DNA of 64,000 nucleotides from Podarcis tiliguerta (lineage: Eukaryota): the NCBI GenBank assembly GCA_965153285.1, contig OZ229114.1; one strand, 5' to 3'. The stretch's first letter is position 1; every line of letters starts with the position of its first letter. Below the pieces are notes generated by a model. The model saw only the letters and a program-made list of their open reading frames with translations, had not been told where the DNA came from and did not search any database. The position numbers and the translations under genes were made by a program. This document shows, one piece after another, positions 63,243-64,000 of the stretch.

Positions 63243-64000
63243 GCTTGAGGAGGTTAGGAGACATTTTTTATTACTACTCAGTGCCAATGAAGTTGGTATT
63301 AAGCATTTGCTTGAATGGGTGTTGTTACTCTTCAGCAAAGTCAGCTAGGCTTAAGAGGAAAGTAAAATGAAGGTTGAACTAAGCATAACTCTTCACCTCA
63401 CTACAGCTATTCTCTTCTAGCTGAATCTGGAGACTGTTCTCCATTTCAGTGTTCTAAAAATACTGTCAAGGCCATGTCCAATTTATGGGCCAACACAGAT
63501 GAAATTCAAGGCCCCCTTCTGCTTAACAGGCAAGAAAGTAGAGAGTAATGGGGTAACTCATCCACCACCCTCTTTCTTAAAAGAAGCTGACATACAGGAA
63601 GGGTATCATCAGGTCTAAAGTAAGAGGGAAAGCTGGAAGGGGATTATCCATCCACCCAAAGGAAACCCAAAGCACACCAGTTCCCAGAGCCTTAAGAGAC
63701 TGTGAGAAAATGCCCTGGGGCAACATGTTAGAACTGGAGTCTGACAGGGCCAGGGGAAACAATGGGAGCATCCCTGTTCCAGCTAGATCACACCAACTTG
63801 GGGTCCCAATTGGGGACTGACTTGTGGCAATGCTCATGAGTAGGTCACCATCTGCACCTGCTCCTTCCACATCCCATGGATTATGAACAAGAATGTGAGC
63901 CGAAAAGAGTTGGTCTCAGAGTTGGAAGAATCTATTATCCCCTCCCACATTTGCTCACTCTGAGTGATTGGCAGAGATAGTCACAACGCCCATAGCCACT

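Larger units (their letters stand above)
1..64000 (-). other. BTRC: BTRC transcription unit, partial: part of intron 1 (36125-64000), intron 2 (12312-36016), intron 3 (3451-12233), part of intron 4 (1-3360)
   Basis: Exons 2-4 are collinear on the minus strand. I found no exon 1 (MDPAEAVLQEKALKFM), no CpG-island promoter and no exon 5 (TKLANGTSSM...) in the window. Confidence 0.88.

Noticed and set aside
1-64000. A novel multi-gene biological system
   Set aside because: All recognisable coding signal belongs to BTRC or decayed retroelements. There is no intact transposase, RT or other unexplained long ORF.

Overview
This is vertebrate, AT-rich and mostly intronic DNA from a squamate reptile. 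Sauria SINE, Squam2-like and Squam3-like copies point to a lacertid lizard, which is an inference. The whole window lies inside one minus-strand gene, BTRC (beta-TrCP1/FBXW1A, the F-box/WD40 substrate receptor of SCF). Three coding exons match the human N-terminus as I recall it and have canonical AG/GT ends: exon 2 at 36017-36124, exon 3 at 12234-12311 and exon 4 at 3361-3450. I could not find exon 1 or exons 5 onward (F-box and WD40), so they are presumably outside the window. The introns hold SINEs, CR1 and L2 LINE fragments, hAT and Tc1/mariner MITEs, microsatellites and five N-gaps. They also hold several repeat-free, motif-dense blocks that look like conserved enhancers; in other vertebrates BTRC lies in the LBX1-BTRC-FBXW4-FGF8 regulatory landscape. 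I found no convincing new multi-gene system. The best new candidate is a 42-nt, in-frame, stop-free cassette exon at 23022-23063 (FDGTKGKLTSLSQS) between exons 2 and 3, with neural-microexon-like features and a downstream RNA stem-loop. Most ORF-track entries are spurious, gap artefacts or retroelement remnants.
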